A stretch of 64,000 nucleotides of DNA from the NCBI RefSeq assembly GCF_018350175.1, contig NC_058368.1, positions 190,094,001 through 190,158,000 on the forward strand. Direction: 5' to 3'. A model generated the notes under the pieces. The model saw nothing but the letters and a program-made list of their open reading frames with translations. It searched no databases and was not told the DNA's origin. This DNA is from Felis catus. Taxonomy: Eukaryota. The position numbers and the translations under genes were made by a program. This document shows, one piece after another, positions 53,278-64,000 of the stretch (its first letter is position 1; each line of letters begins with the position of its first letter).

Positions 53278-54558
53278 GGGGCTTTTAAACATTAGGTAAC
53301 ATTTCAAATCAAGAAAAGTCTCTAATAGGAGAACTTTAGACACTGATGGGAAGAGATGCTTTTGTTTGGGTCGGGGGAAGTCCTCTTGGTGCCCCTTGAC
53401 TATAACACAAAGGGGCTAAATGTCAACAAGCATTTGGATAGAAGCCAAGGATGGTAGGATTCAGCTGTACTCTGACCTTCAAAGTCTGCTGTGTGGCTGG
53501 ACTGTGCACCCAGGCAAAGAGCGTAATAAAAGATGAATGACGCTAGAGGAGTAGGCATGGCTGAATTTTCTGGGGCCTCGTGGGTCACAGCTGGGAGTTA
53601 GAACTTGAAGCACAATGAGAAGCCACCTGTCAGTTTTAAGCAGGGGAGTAGCATGATCTGATTTATAACTGTTTGAAGGTCCTCTGCTGTTACATAGAAA
53701 ATCAGCTGTCATTTTATCCCCCAATGCTTTACCTACCAGTAAATTTCACCTTTAACAAGAATGGATAGGCAGTGACCCTCAAAGAAGCTGGGTTTGAGAC
53801 ATTTCTCTTAAATTGCACACAGGGAAAAGGCATTCTTGTTTTCTTTCCTGAAGACCCTGAAGCACGGGGAAAATCTCCCCACCATGGCCCACAGGAAGAG
53901 GGCAGTCGAAAGAAGCATTCTGGGAGTTCTCTCAGGGCCACTGACAAGTCCCGTGGGGTCTTTTTCTAGTTTGGACTGGACAGCTTTCCTGGCTTCATCT
54001 GCCTTTCCCTGATTCTACACTGATATTTCCTGCTTAGAAATCAAATAGATGGACAGCATGAGAGTCGTGGCTGTGTTCAGCACTAGAAGATGCCTCTATA
54101 AATTAAAAAATGAGGTCAGAAGTGGCTCCTAAGCATATGTTACCGAAAATAAATCTCACCAACTAACAAAGAAGTAGCTGGAAAAAACAAAACCCTCATA
54201 ACTTGTCTTCCTCCTTATACACTGTGACCTTGTCTGCTTAGTGACCCTATTTCTTCTTAACTTTCTGGATTCCATAGTGAAGTTTCCTTTTCCCCTCTTC
54301 AAATTTGTGTTATGAAAAATACTGAACATATAAAATATTTGAAAGAACAATGCACATCCTTATACTCCTGACGTAGAATCACAATGACCTTTTCTTTTAC
54401 TATTTCTGTTGTGACTCTATGTTTTACTGAATCACTGAAAACAAGTTGAAGTCATTGCATTACTCAGCCTTAAATTCCTCAGCATGCAACTCCTAAAACC
54501 AAGATTATCCTCCTGTGTAGCCTCAGTATTGTAAGCATCTACATTAAAAAACATTCTT

Positions 54559-54780
54559 GGGGCGCCTGGGTGGTTCAGTCGGTTAAGTGTCTGACTTTGG
54601 CTCAGGTCATGACCTCATAGTTCGTGGGTTCGAGTCCCGTGTCAGGCTCTGTGCTGAAAGCTCAGAGCCTGTAGCCTGCTTCGGATTCTGTGTCTCCCTC
54701 CCTCTCTGCCCCTTCTCTACTCAACTGTCTCTCAAATACACATTGAAAAAAACATTTTTAAAGCACCCACACAAAAATAA
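54559..54780 (+). mobile_element. SINEC
   Basis: ggggcgcctgggtggttcagtcggttaag head. Confidence 0.9.
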
Positions 54781-55059
54781 AGGATACCATACAGATTCAG
54801 GATACATATTTAAAAAACTAGGGTCATGTGATACACACACATCAGATCCACATACAACAGCATTAAATGCTACCTTTAGGCTCCATCTCTGGATGAAAAA
54901 CTACGTACCAGTTTTAGCTGATCTCCTGAAGGGAACCATCAAACCAACCTCAAAACAATATTTTCTTAACATTCGAAGTTCTGAGGCGACCAAAAGGCAG
55001 TAGCACTAACACTAGTATTTTATGTTTTTGTCTTTGTCAAGTGAGCATGGAGAATGAGC

Positions 55060-55500
55060 TGGGAACTGGAGGCTGAGGACCCCCAGGAACCCCCACTCTG
55101 ATGTTCTGGTGGGAGGGTGCCGGAGGGAGGGTGGTTACAGGGCCTAACCAGAGAGTGCAGCATTCTAAACATTTCCTTATATGGACACACGTAGCCCGTT
55201 AGTGAAGTGTTTCCTGCATACTGATGTTAAGCCCCAAAGATACAGGGCCTGTGGAGCAGGTTAGGCTTCCCACACCCAGCTTTGTGCAGAAAGTACGAGC
55301 GGCAGCCTTCCAGCCTCTCGTCTGGGATTCCAGTGAGCAGTGGAAAGTTCAACTGTGACATATTCCAACTGCTCTTGTGCCGAGGGGCCCTCACTTCCAG
55401 GAGTTCTTTGTAAACCTGCCTAAATAAATCCGTAATCTTATCTGATTCTGTGTGTCTGGGTCTGCACGTGTGTGTGGTCCTTCCCCACCAATCTGAGCCT
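55060..55500 (+). mobile_element. Possible old LTR fragment
   Basis: LTR-like 3' part tgtaaacctgcctaAATAAAtcc...tctgtgtgtctggg; no clear termini or TSD. Confidence 0.3.
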
Positions 55501-55972
55501 CACTTGAACAATGCTATGTATCACCGTGTCTCACCTCAACTCTTTCCCCTGCCCCCTGAATTGTCAGGGGGAAAAATGATTATTATTCCGGACCAGAACC
55601 ATGTCTGGTCAGCTGGGAAAGATCTATAGCCAAGAAACTAGCTTAAAAAGTAGTTTTCCCTTCCCCTCAACTGCACATCAACGTCTCCCAAGGCAGGCAT
55701 TTCCTAAAAGGTGGGAATTGTAGAGGCAGGGAAGTGATATTTAACAATAGTGGGTCACGGAGGGAAACTTACTTTCCTCTCAGTTCCCTAGCAGTCTTTT
55801 TGACAACTTTGCAAGAAAGTCTCTCATTTAGATCCAGCATATCTCAAACCTCTCTAACATTTGCTAAACTCCATTTTTAACACGGCTGGCCCCGGGCTCA
55901 GACGTCTGGGCAGACGGTAGCTGGGATTACATTACTTTGTTGTATTTTGATTGAATTTATTATTCTGGTTGC

Positions 55973-56488
55973 TTTTTTTTTCTTTAAGTTTATTTATTTA
56001 TTTTGCAAGAGAGAGAGAGAGAGATTGAGAGAGCGAGCATGTGCATGAGCGGGTGAGGAGCAGAGAGAGAGGGAGAGAATCCCAAGCTGTTAGCACGGAG
56101 CCGGATGTGGGGCTTGAACTCGCAAACTCAAGATCACTCTCTGAGCTGAAATCAAATGTCTGACGCTTAATCAATTGAGCCACCCAGGTGTCCCTCTGGT
56201 TGCTTTCCAATGATGGCAAGAGATAATGATTTTGTTTAATGGAAGTGATATACAGTTTCCTTTTAAAATAATTAAAACTTTTTTTAATGTTTATTTATTT
56301 TTGAAGGAGAGAGAGACAGAGCATGAGTGGGGGAGGAGCAGAGAGAGAGGGAGACACAGAATCTGAAGCAGGCTCCAGGCTCTGAGCTTTCAGCATAGAG
56401 CCCGATGCGGGACTTGAACCCACAAACCATGAGATCCTGACCTGAGCTGAAGTCAGATGCTTAACCGGCTGCACCACCCAGGTGCCCC
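55973..56488 (-). mobile_element. Two tandem SINECs (55973-56194 and 56279-56488)
   Basis: Reverse heads; the first has TSD tctggttgcttt. Confidence 0.9.
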
Positions 56489-58679
56489 ACTTTAAAAATA
56501 AATTTAAGTTAAAAAGTAAGTTAATTTAAATAAAAATATTTTGTAAACAATACAACCAGTGGTCTGTAGATAGAGCAAGAAATGTGACAACACATCAGTG
56601 ACTAGCCTCTGGAAGCACTAGTTAAGAAGACTCCTTCTAGATCAGGGGCTCTCCACCCTGGCGGCACACTGGAATCAGGTGTGGAGCTTTTGGCCTGGTA
56701 TTTTAGCCAGGGCCACCTTGGGGCCGGGTGAAGTACCAGCATGGATGTTTAGGAGGTTTCTGAGCGACTCCAATGAGCGGCTGTGGCTGGGACCACTACA
56801 CCACCTCCTGGACGTCTGCAGGTGTCTGCCCTCCAATAACACCCAGGAAAGCAAACTGCATTTTGACTCCCAAACCCTCAGCATCTAGGCCTTCCATCCA
56901 CTGGGGTCTCCTCTTGAGAGAGTCATCAGTGCAGAACTGAAAAGCCAAGGCTCTGGTTTCTGGGCAATTACTGGCCCAGGCTGATGATACAAGTGCCACA
57001 TGTTTCCAGGACTGAGGTGGCTTTGGATTAAGGTGACTGGCAGCCTCTCGCTCAAATGGAATGGCATCATCTTGGAAGATTTTAGAGAATAAACAGGTAT
57101 GTTTCTAATCCTCACCTAGAACTGAGCTGATATGTCCCTCCCCTCATCATATAGGACATAGTTGATAGGCCTGTATTGATGTGCTGAGGATACAAAAATG
57201 ACCCTCAACCAGGAAATCTGTCCTGGCATCCCCTCCTCTCTGATTCCATTATTTTATACCCCTTTTCACTCTGTTGTTGTGGATCTTGGCTGGTGGTCTC
57301 CAAACCTTCTGGACCATAAGCTTCCATTTGTATAATTTTGAGCAAACATCTCCACTGACATGTATTTATGTGATCAACTCTGGAACACTGTGTTAATAAA
57401 CAGGAGGGCTTAGTTCCTTTCTCATTTTTTGAGTAAGTAAATAGTTAAAAGCTATGCGATCATTCTGCCTACCCCCTGGAGGGCTAACACTCCTCCGCTG
57501 CAGACTGAGGGTATTGACTGTGAACAGTGTCATCAGGGAAGGGATTGTGTCCAATGATCTTGGAGTCCCACACACTGACCGCCTGGCCAATGGGGGGCTC
57601 TCAGTCAGGTCTGCAGACTCCCTGACTCTCAGCAGTCAGAACATGTTTGCTCCGTACCTCATATATTGATGAGGGTAGCAGGTTTGGTTTCCAGACTGGG
57701 ATGTGTCTGAAAGGATGTAAAAATACTTAAAAACCAGAAAGCATGTAGAGGTACTATTGGGAGTCGAGGTGCCCTCTTTCCACAAAGCTTGACTCATTTT
57801 CAATCTGGAACACCACTGAGTTCTGGGTCTGGGTTGGAGGACATGCTGCTTGCAGAAGGGCCAAGGAGTGCTGCTCAGTGGTGCCTGGATGTAGGGACAG
57901 ATCGTGACTCCTGAGTAGCCGGAGGGGTCGTTAGTCAGGGTGATGGCAAAAAGAACTGTGGATCAAGAACAGGTGGGGATATGGAGCCAAGATCTAAGAT
58001 GGACAGTGAAGGGCAGGCATTTGCTTTTTTACTTCTCGTGTATCAGGATTGTGTACATCTGCTAAGTGTGTGAGGACCTCCTCTCCAGGGGGGGAAAAAA
58101 AAACAAAAAGTGTTTAGTGCACTAAATTTGTACAATAATTTAGAACGTAAAGTAAAAAGTGCAAGATCGCCTGCCCCACCACACTCCATGCGGGTCACCA
58201 CTCTTCTCAGCTTGGTGAGCATGACTTTTATAACTAAACAAAGTAAAAAAAAAACAATGAAAAAATTTAATATTGATATGCTGGCACATACAGACATCTG
58301 CAAGGATATCCTTCAAAACATGAACAGTGGCTCTCTTCGTGCAGCAATGTGGTTTTTGTTTTCTTCTTTCTGCTTCTCTGGGTTTTCTGGCAATGAATTT
58401 ATTTAAGTTATGCAATAAGAAAAACAAAATTAAAGAGAAAGGACTATAAAGTGGAAGCAGGAGACAGAGGGATCAGACGTGGAGCTGGAACTAAAACCCA
58501 AACCAAAGCCAACAGCATCATCTGTGAGGCTTTGTAGAGCAGTCCTCTGTCCCTGAGCGTGCTAACTGTAAGGATCCTAGGTTCTCACCCCAGCTCCTGC
58601 ACTAGTTCAACCCTGGGAAAGTTATCTCCCTCTTGGGGCCTTGGCTTCCTATCTGCAAAATGTGGGATTGCACTAGATG

Positions 58680-58890
58680 AGTGTTTCTCAATAGGGGGAG
58701 GTTTTGTCCTCTCAAGGAATATGAGGCAGTATCTGGAGACCTTTTTGGTTGTCACAACTGGGAAGGGTGTTACTAGCATCTAGAGACAGGCTAGAGCCCA
58801 GAGGTGCCGCTCAACACCCTACAATGCATAGGACGGGACCCTACAACAAAGGGTAATCCCAGTGGTGCTGAGATTGTGAAACCCACCCTG
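58680..58890. mobile_element. MER20
   Basis: tttctcaatagggggaggttttgtcc...tctggagacctttttggttgtcacaactggg...cccagtggtgctgagattgtgaaacc. Confidence 0.8.
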
Positions 58891-59340
58891 CATGGCACCC
58901 AATTCTATGAGTTTGGGCCCAAGGCCTCCTGTAAGAGGAGCAATGACTGCCCAGACTCTGACTGCTCTGACTGTGGTCCACTCTGACTATAAGGAGGAAA
59001 GAAGAAATAAACAGAGCTCAAGGCAGGGAATACTCTTAAGTCCCAGACGATGGGAGGTCCTGCCATAAAAGGCAGAGAGGCAGACAGACAGGCTGTCTTC
59101 TTCCCAGGGACCGGGCTTTCCCTCTTTCACATGAACAAACAGGGCCCTCTTCTGGTGTGTGTCAGCATAATGAACAATGGGCTGATGGCTCAAACACCAT
59201 ACAAAATTTGAGAAAAAACTTGGTGACTATGGAATATTTCCTTAATGACAATCTTCTGATTTCCCAGGGTAGGTGACACTAGTTACTAGATACTAGGTAG
59301 GAGATACTAACAGAATTTCGTTTAAAAACATAACAGGACT

Positions 59341-59563
59341 GGGGTGCCTGGGTGGCTCAGTCAGGTGAGCGTCTGACTTCAGCTCAGGTCATGATCTCAC
59401 GGTTTGTCAGTTCGAGCCCTGCATCAGGCTCTGTGCTGACAGCTCAGAGCCTGTAGTCTGCTTTGGAGTCTGTGTCTCCCTCTTTCTCTGCCCCTCCCCT
59501 GCTCGCATTCTGTCTTTCTCTGTCTCTCAAAAATAAATAAACATTAAAAAAATGAAAAAAAAA
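59341..59563 (+). mobile_element. SINEC
   Basis: TSD ataacaggact on both sides. Confidence 0.92.
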
Positions 59564-59699
59564 ATAACAGGACTTATAAATAGATGCCTAACGAATGCCG
59601 ATTCATTTCAGGGTAGACTCAACAAATATTTCAGAGCCTGCCACCACTAGACCCTTTGTGGGCACTTGATCAATGACGCATGTGGCATTGCCATTGCAG

Positions 59700-60890
59700 A
59701 GCAGGGAGAAGAAGGTCTTTTCAGTCACTGCTGCTGGGATAATCAGGAAGAAATGAAAATGGATTTCTACCTCCCACTAAACACACACATCAACTCCAAG
59801 TGAACAACAGACTTAATGGTCTGTTAAGCCTCAAAAGGCTAAAACTCTAAACTTTTAGAAGATAATACATCTTCATGATTGTAGAGTAGGAAAGATTTTT
59901 TAAGACAAGTCACAAAAGCACCAACCACATGGGGGAAGAAATGGTAAATACACCAAGCCTTAAGAACTTCTGTTTACCAAAAGACAAGCCAAAGAAATGT
60001 ATTTGCCATTTATGGATCCACAATATATCAATAATAAGTACAAATAAATATGGAAAAGAGGGCTTAATTTAAAAACAGGCAAAAATATTGAACCGCCTTT
60101 TGCAAAAAAGGCTGTCCAAATGGCTCTACCTTATGGAAAGAGGCCCAGCATCAGTGGTCAGCAGGGAGATCAAAACCATCATGAGATACCATGATGGAAC
60201 GGCTTTCATTGAAAAGACAAGACAACTCCAAATGTTCCTGAGGATGTCAAGAAATTAAAACTCTCCTACACTGCTGAATGAGTGAATAAACTCTCACAAC
60301 CACTTTGTTAAACAGTTTGGCAGTAGCTCCTGAAACTAAACATTGATCTACACGTTGACCTAGCTACTCTACTACTAGTAAATTTACCTAATAAAAATGA
60401 GAGCACAGATCCACCAACAGAAATGTGCAAGAACGTTCATGGTGTCTTCATTTGTTACAGCATCATGCTGTAAACAACCCAAATGCCCACCCACAGTAAC
60501 ATGGATGATTCACTTTGTCTATATGGTGAGAATTCTGCATATTCTGTATGTTACTCCATGTATGTTAGACCTTAATTAAAAACACCAAGCAAGCAACCTG
60601 CTCCACAGGTGTAGGGGTTTCTATACTAATATTGCACCCTGAATTTGGAGAAATATTTACAAGCACCTAACTTAAAGAGAAAAGGTATACCTTTAGACAA
60701 GTAATTAATCTTTTCAACTTATATCCCCTCTTCCTACACATTAATGATATATTAATAACCTGTTAGAAACAAAAACACAAGCCACAGAATGAAAGAAGGT
60801 ATTTGCAGCATATATTTCAACATGGAACCCACAACCAGAAACTACAAATCTATCAGAAAAAGACAACACAAGATAAACAAGCAAAAGACT
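59700..60890 (+). mobile_element. Degraded L1 (L1ME-like) fragments
   Basis: gagaagaaggtcttttcagt...tgctgggataa, atgagataccat, aacagtttggcagt, aaacaacccaaatgccca. Confidence 0.7.
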
Positions 60891-61169
60891 TCCTACTTTG
60901 TATTTTTTAATATTCTTCCAGTTTTTCTGTTATTATTAACCTACAACTATTAGGTACTATTTGTATTCTTTAAATTAATTTTTAGTTCAATAGTAATACT
61001 TGAAAATACTTTCCTTGCAAAACATTAGACCTTCCAGATAAAATTAAAGTCCCTGTTGACCCCTAATCCTAGTTTACTCCCTGATACATGGAGAAAATAG
61101 CTGAACTATCTGATATGCTTTTTTTCCCTAGATTTTTTTTTTCAATGCACTATATTTTGTGGGTTTTAT

Positions 61170-61288
61170 TTTTTTGTTTATTTTAATTTTTTTAAGCCAA
61201 TGCAGGGCTTGAACTTACAACCCTGAAATCAAGACCTGAGCTGAGGTCAAGAGGCAGAAGCTTAACTGACTGAGCCACCCAGGCACCA
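61170..61288 (-). mobile_element. Short/truncated SINE
   Basis: gggcttgaacttacaaccctgaaatcaagacctgagctg...gactgagccacccaggcacc. Confidence 0.82.
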
Positions 61289-62195
61289 CCCTCTTTTTTG
61301 TTTATTTTATATATATGGCATCATCATATGTGTCTTGTGCTGGGACTTGCTTTTTCTCACTCAGCATTGTGTCTTTCAACATTTTCTATGTGGGTACATA
61401 CACCTTATTCTTTGTAACTCTTTAGAGTCCTCCACAAGAAGAGAAGGTCCTCTGTGGATGGCCATTAAGGGCCCTCCCTTCCACCTTCCCTCCCTTTCTT
61501 TTTTTGCTAATTGTTCTTTAATTAGAACAATTGATATGTCATTTAAATATTTATTTTATTTCAGTTCTATAAACACAAAGGCTCCAGAAAGCTCATGCCT
61601 CATTCTAATCTCAGAAAGTACTATGTTGGCCTGGGGATTCCCTCAGTTGTCTAAGTAGAAAGCATAGCACAGAGGTTTGTGGGGGCCCTGATTCTTGCTC
61701 TGTTGGCCTCCGCCAGGACTGGAGTCGGTGCTGGAAACCTGTGCTTTCCTTCTTTCACCTCTGCTGCTGATGTGCCATGAGACCTCAGGAGACCAGCTCC
61801 CCTCTCTGGTTCCCCACTTCCTCCCTCATGAATAGAGGAGTAGGGACATATACTGTTAAGGTCTCTCTCAGCTCTGAAGGTCTTTTATCCTGAGTATCCT
61901 CTTGTCTTCAGTGATATATGCAAGTGACCACCTTGGCACGGCTGCCTGAGAAAAATTTTCCCTCTCCTTATAGTCCTGTCAATAGTCTGCTTCTTAGGGG
62001 AAACTTAATTGGTGCTCTCGGGTCACAACTCCTCATGAAAGAAGGTGCTAACAGGAGACACGTAGGCCTGAGGCTTCAGGGGCCAGCCCTCCCCCACCTC
62101 CACCCCTCCTGGTGCCCCTGGAGCCTCTCCTCATCTTCCTGAAGCCTTGAACAGAACTGTGTTTCCTACTCATCCCTGTGACTTCTGAAGGCTAA

Positions 62196-62209
62196 GTTGC
62201 CATGGCAAC
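62196..62209. promoter_or_regulatory. Perfect RFX X-box GTTGCCATGGCAAC
   Basis: Exact 14-bp palindromic RFX consensus in non-repetitive intronic DNA. Confidence 0.6.
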
Positions 62210-64000
62210 ACAGGCCACTGAACCGTGTTCAAAACCTGTTACCATAAAGAGGAACACTTAGCTGTCTCAAGAGTCTATTTAAAGGGGAACAGAGAGGCAA
62301 TTACTCCTTATGGAGGGAGAGCAAAACCGTGTGCGTTTCTGAGCCTCTCCGCGGGGAAGGGTCTGAGAGAACAGATAGGACACGTCCTCGTTGTAGAGGT
62401 GGGGACCTCAGACGTGGAGTGAACTGGCTCGCTCTGGGTCACACGAGACTGTTAGAGGCAGGGATCACTAGGGTTCTTATTCCGAGCTTTTCATCTCACT
62501 CTACCCCTGTTATGTCTCCTCCCTAGTGCCTTCCTTTCCCTCCCCTCTCCATGTGCTTCTGCCTCCAGGACGAACCCTGAGCTGGGCAGCTGCAAACAGC
62601 TGCAGCATGTTTATGGCTGGTTCTTCTCCCAAGGCCCAAAGGGCCTTTCCCAAGAGTAAATCAGACCCTCTGCCTCACTCTCCATTTCACAACACTTCAA
62701 CGAATTCCTACCCAGGACTGCCACCTGTTCCTCCCTCCTCTGCTCCTATCTTGTCCCCTGTGCCCCTCCATTCCAGCTCATTCCAGGTTTTTTTCTTTCT
62801 TACAAATATCAAGCTCTACCCTCTCTGAAATCAGCATATCCCTCCCGACCACCATCGCGCTCTATCCCGGTTTCCCTTTTATGCCCTCACTGCATGTACC
62901 ACCCTCTGCCTTCACAATCTTTGGATGGTCATAATCTGCCTCTCTTAATGAAGGCTATTCACCCACAACCTAGAACTGCAGTCAGCAATGAACGGGCTCT
63001 CCATACCCCTCTGCTGTATGAGTGCACAGAGGCTGAGAGATCTTCCCAGGCTGAGATGATGCATCCTCAGAGCGACACCCCTCTCCCTTTCCTTCCACTA
63101 CTCCACTGCATCCGTGGCCCCGTGGCTGGAGGGCTGTGGACCCCACACACAGAGGAGCAGGTAGCACCGAGTGTTGGCGAGAATGGGAAGGAGGCAGGCA
63201 GCCTCTGTGACCAAGCCACAAGGGTCGGTGGGGACTGCCGAATGGTCAGGCAGCTAAAAGGTGCCCTGGGTCTGTGTGGTCCTGGGAAGTGGGAGTATGG
63301 GGAGGCGAGCCTATGCTCATCCTGCTAACTACCACCAGTTATTTAGTTCTTACTGTGTGCACTTTGCACGTTTTGTCTCCTCTCAGCCTCTAAACTACCC
63401 TGCGGGTTAGCGTGGCCGTCTCCCATCACACCAAAGGAAGAGAGCACTATGTGCTCTCCCCTCAGCCTGGACCACGATTCCTGGTTCTTCAGCAGGCCAA
63501 TTCCTGACCATTCTCCTGGTCACCCCCTAAGGGAAGTCCTCCCTCTCTCCCCAAGACCACACCAGGTTCTGTTTTGTGTTCCCACAAACCCCTGCACTCC
63601 TCCCTCCGAGCATTGCTGCAATGTATGCACAGCATTTCTGTGTGAATACATGGCTCAGTGTGAGTCTCCCCGCCACTGTCCAGGACACAGGGCAGGGGCT
63701 GACGATGACTCCACCCCCCAGTGCAGTGCCCAGTGCAGTTGTTATTTGTTTAATGAGTAGATGGAAAACTAAGCCTCGGATGAATTGAATTGCTGGGATC
63801 CTGCGGCTAGTGAAGGTGGTGCTGGGACAGGAACCCAGGTCTGTCTAACTCCAGGGCCTGTGTTCCTCCCAGGGTTCAAATGGTCGGAGCTGCCTGAGAG
63901 CAGAACAGATTTGTAGCACATACCCCGCACGGGACAACACGAGTCTATGCTGCAGGGCCTGCTGAGCAGGATACCCTGGGGGGCCTCAAGTCTCTGGCTG

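Overview
This is mammalian, repeat-rich genomic DNA. Abundant tRNA-derived carnivore SINEs, including young copies of the felid SINEC_Fc type, point to a cat-family genome. Two minus-strand genes are partly present. NIPAL4 contributes its CpG-island promoter, coding exon 1 (4275-4311) and exon 2 (668-907). CYFIP2 contributes its last five exons (42024-42096, 41465-41559, 35282-35520, 33590-33737, 30088-30255), a ~2.7 kb 3'UTR ending near an ATTAAA at 27356-27361, and an intron of at least 22 kb that runs off the right edge. All exons have GT/AG boundaries and consistent phases. The rest is SINE, L1, L2, MIR, MaLR-LTR and DNA-transposon remains. I found no convincing new gene system, and most listed ORFs are spurious. 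The best leads are: (1) a SINE whose target-site duplication appears to have copied a CYFIP2 splice donor, creating a possible poison extension; (2) a frameshifted hAT transposase fossil spread across several short ORFs at 22.3-23.9 kb; (3) the human NIPAL4 N-terminal extension is broken here; (4) two palindromic RFX X-boxes in CYFIP2 introns; (5) inverted or near-identical SINE pairs around the last CYFIP2 exons. Gene and repeat names come from recalled sequences, not from database searches.
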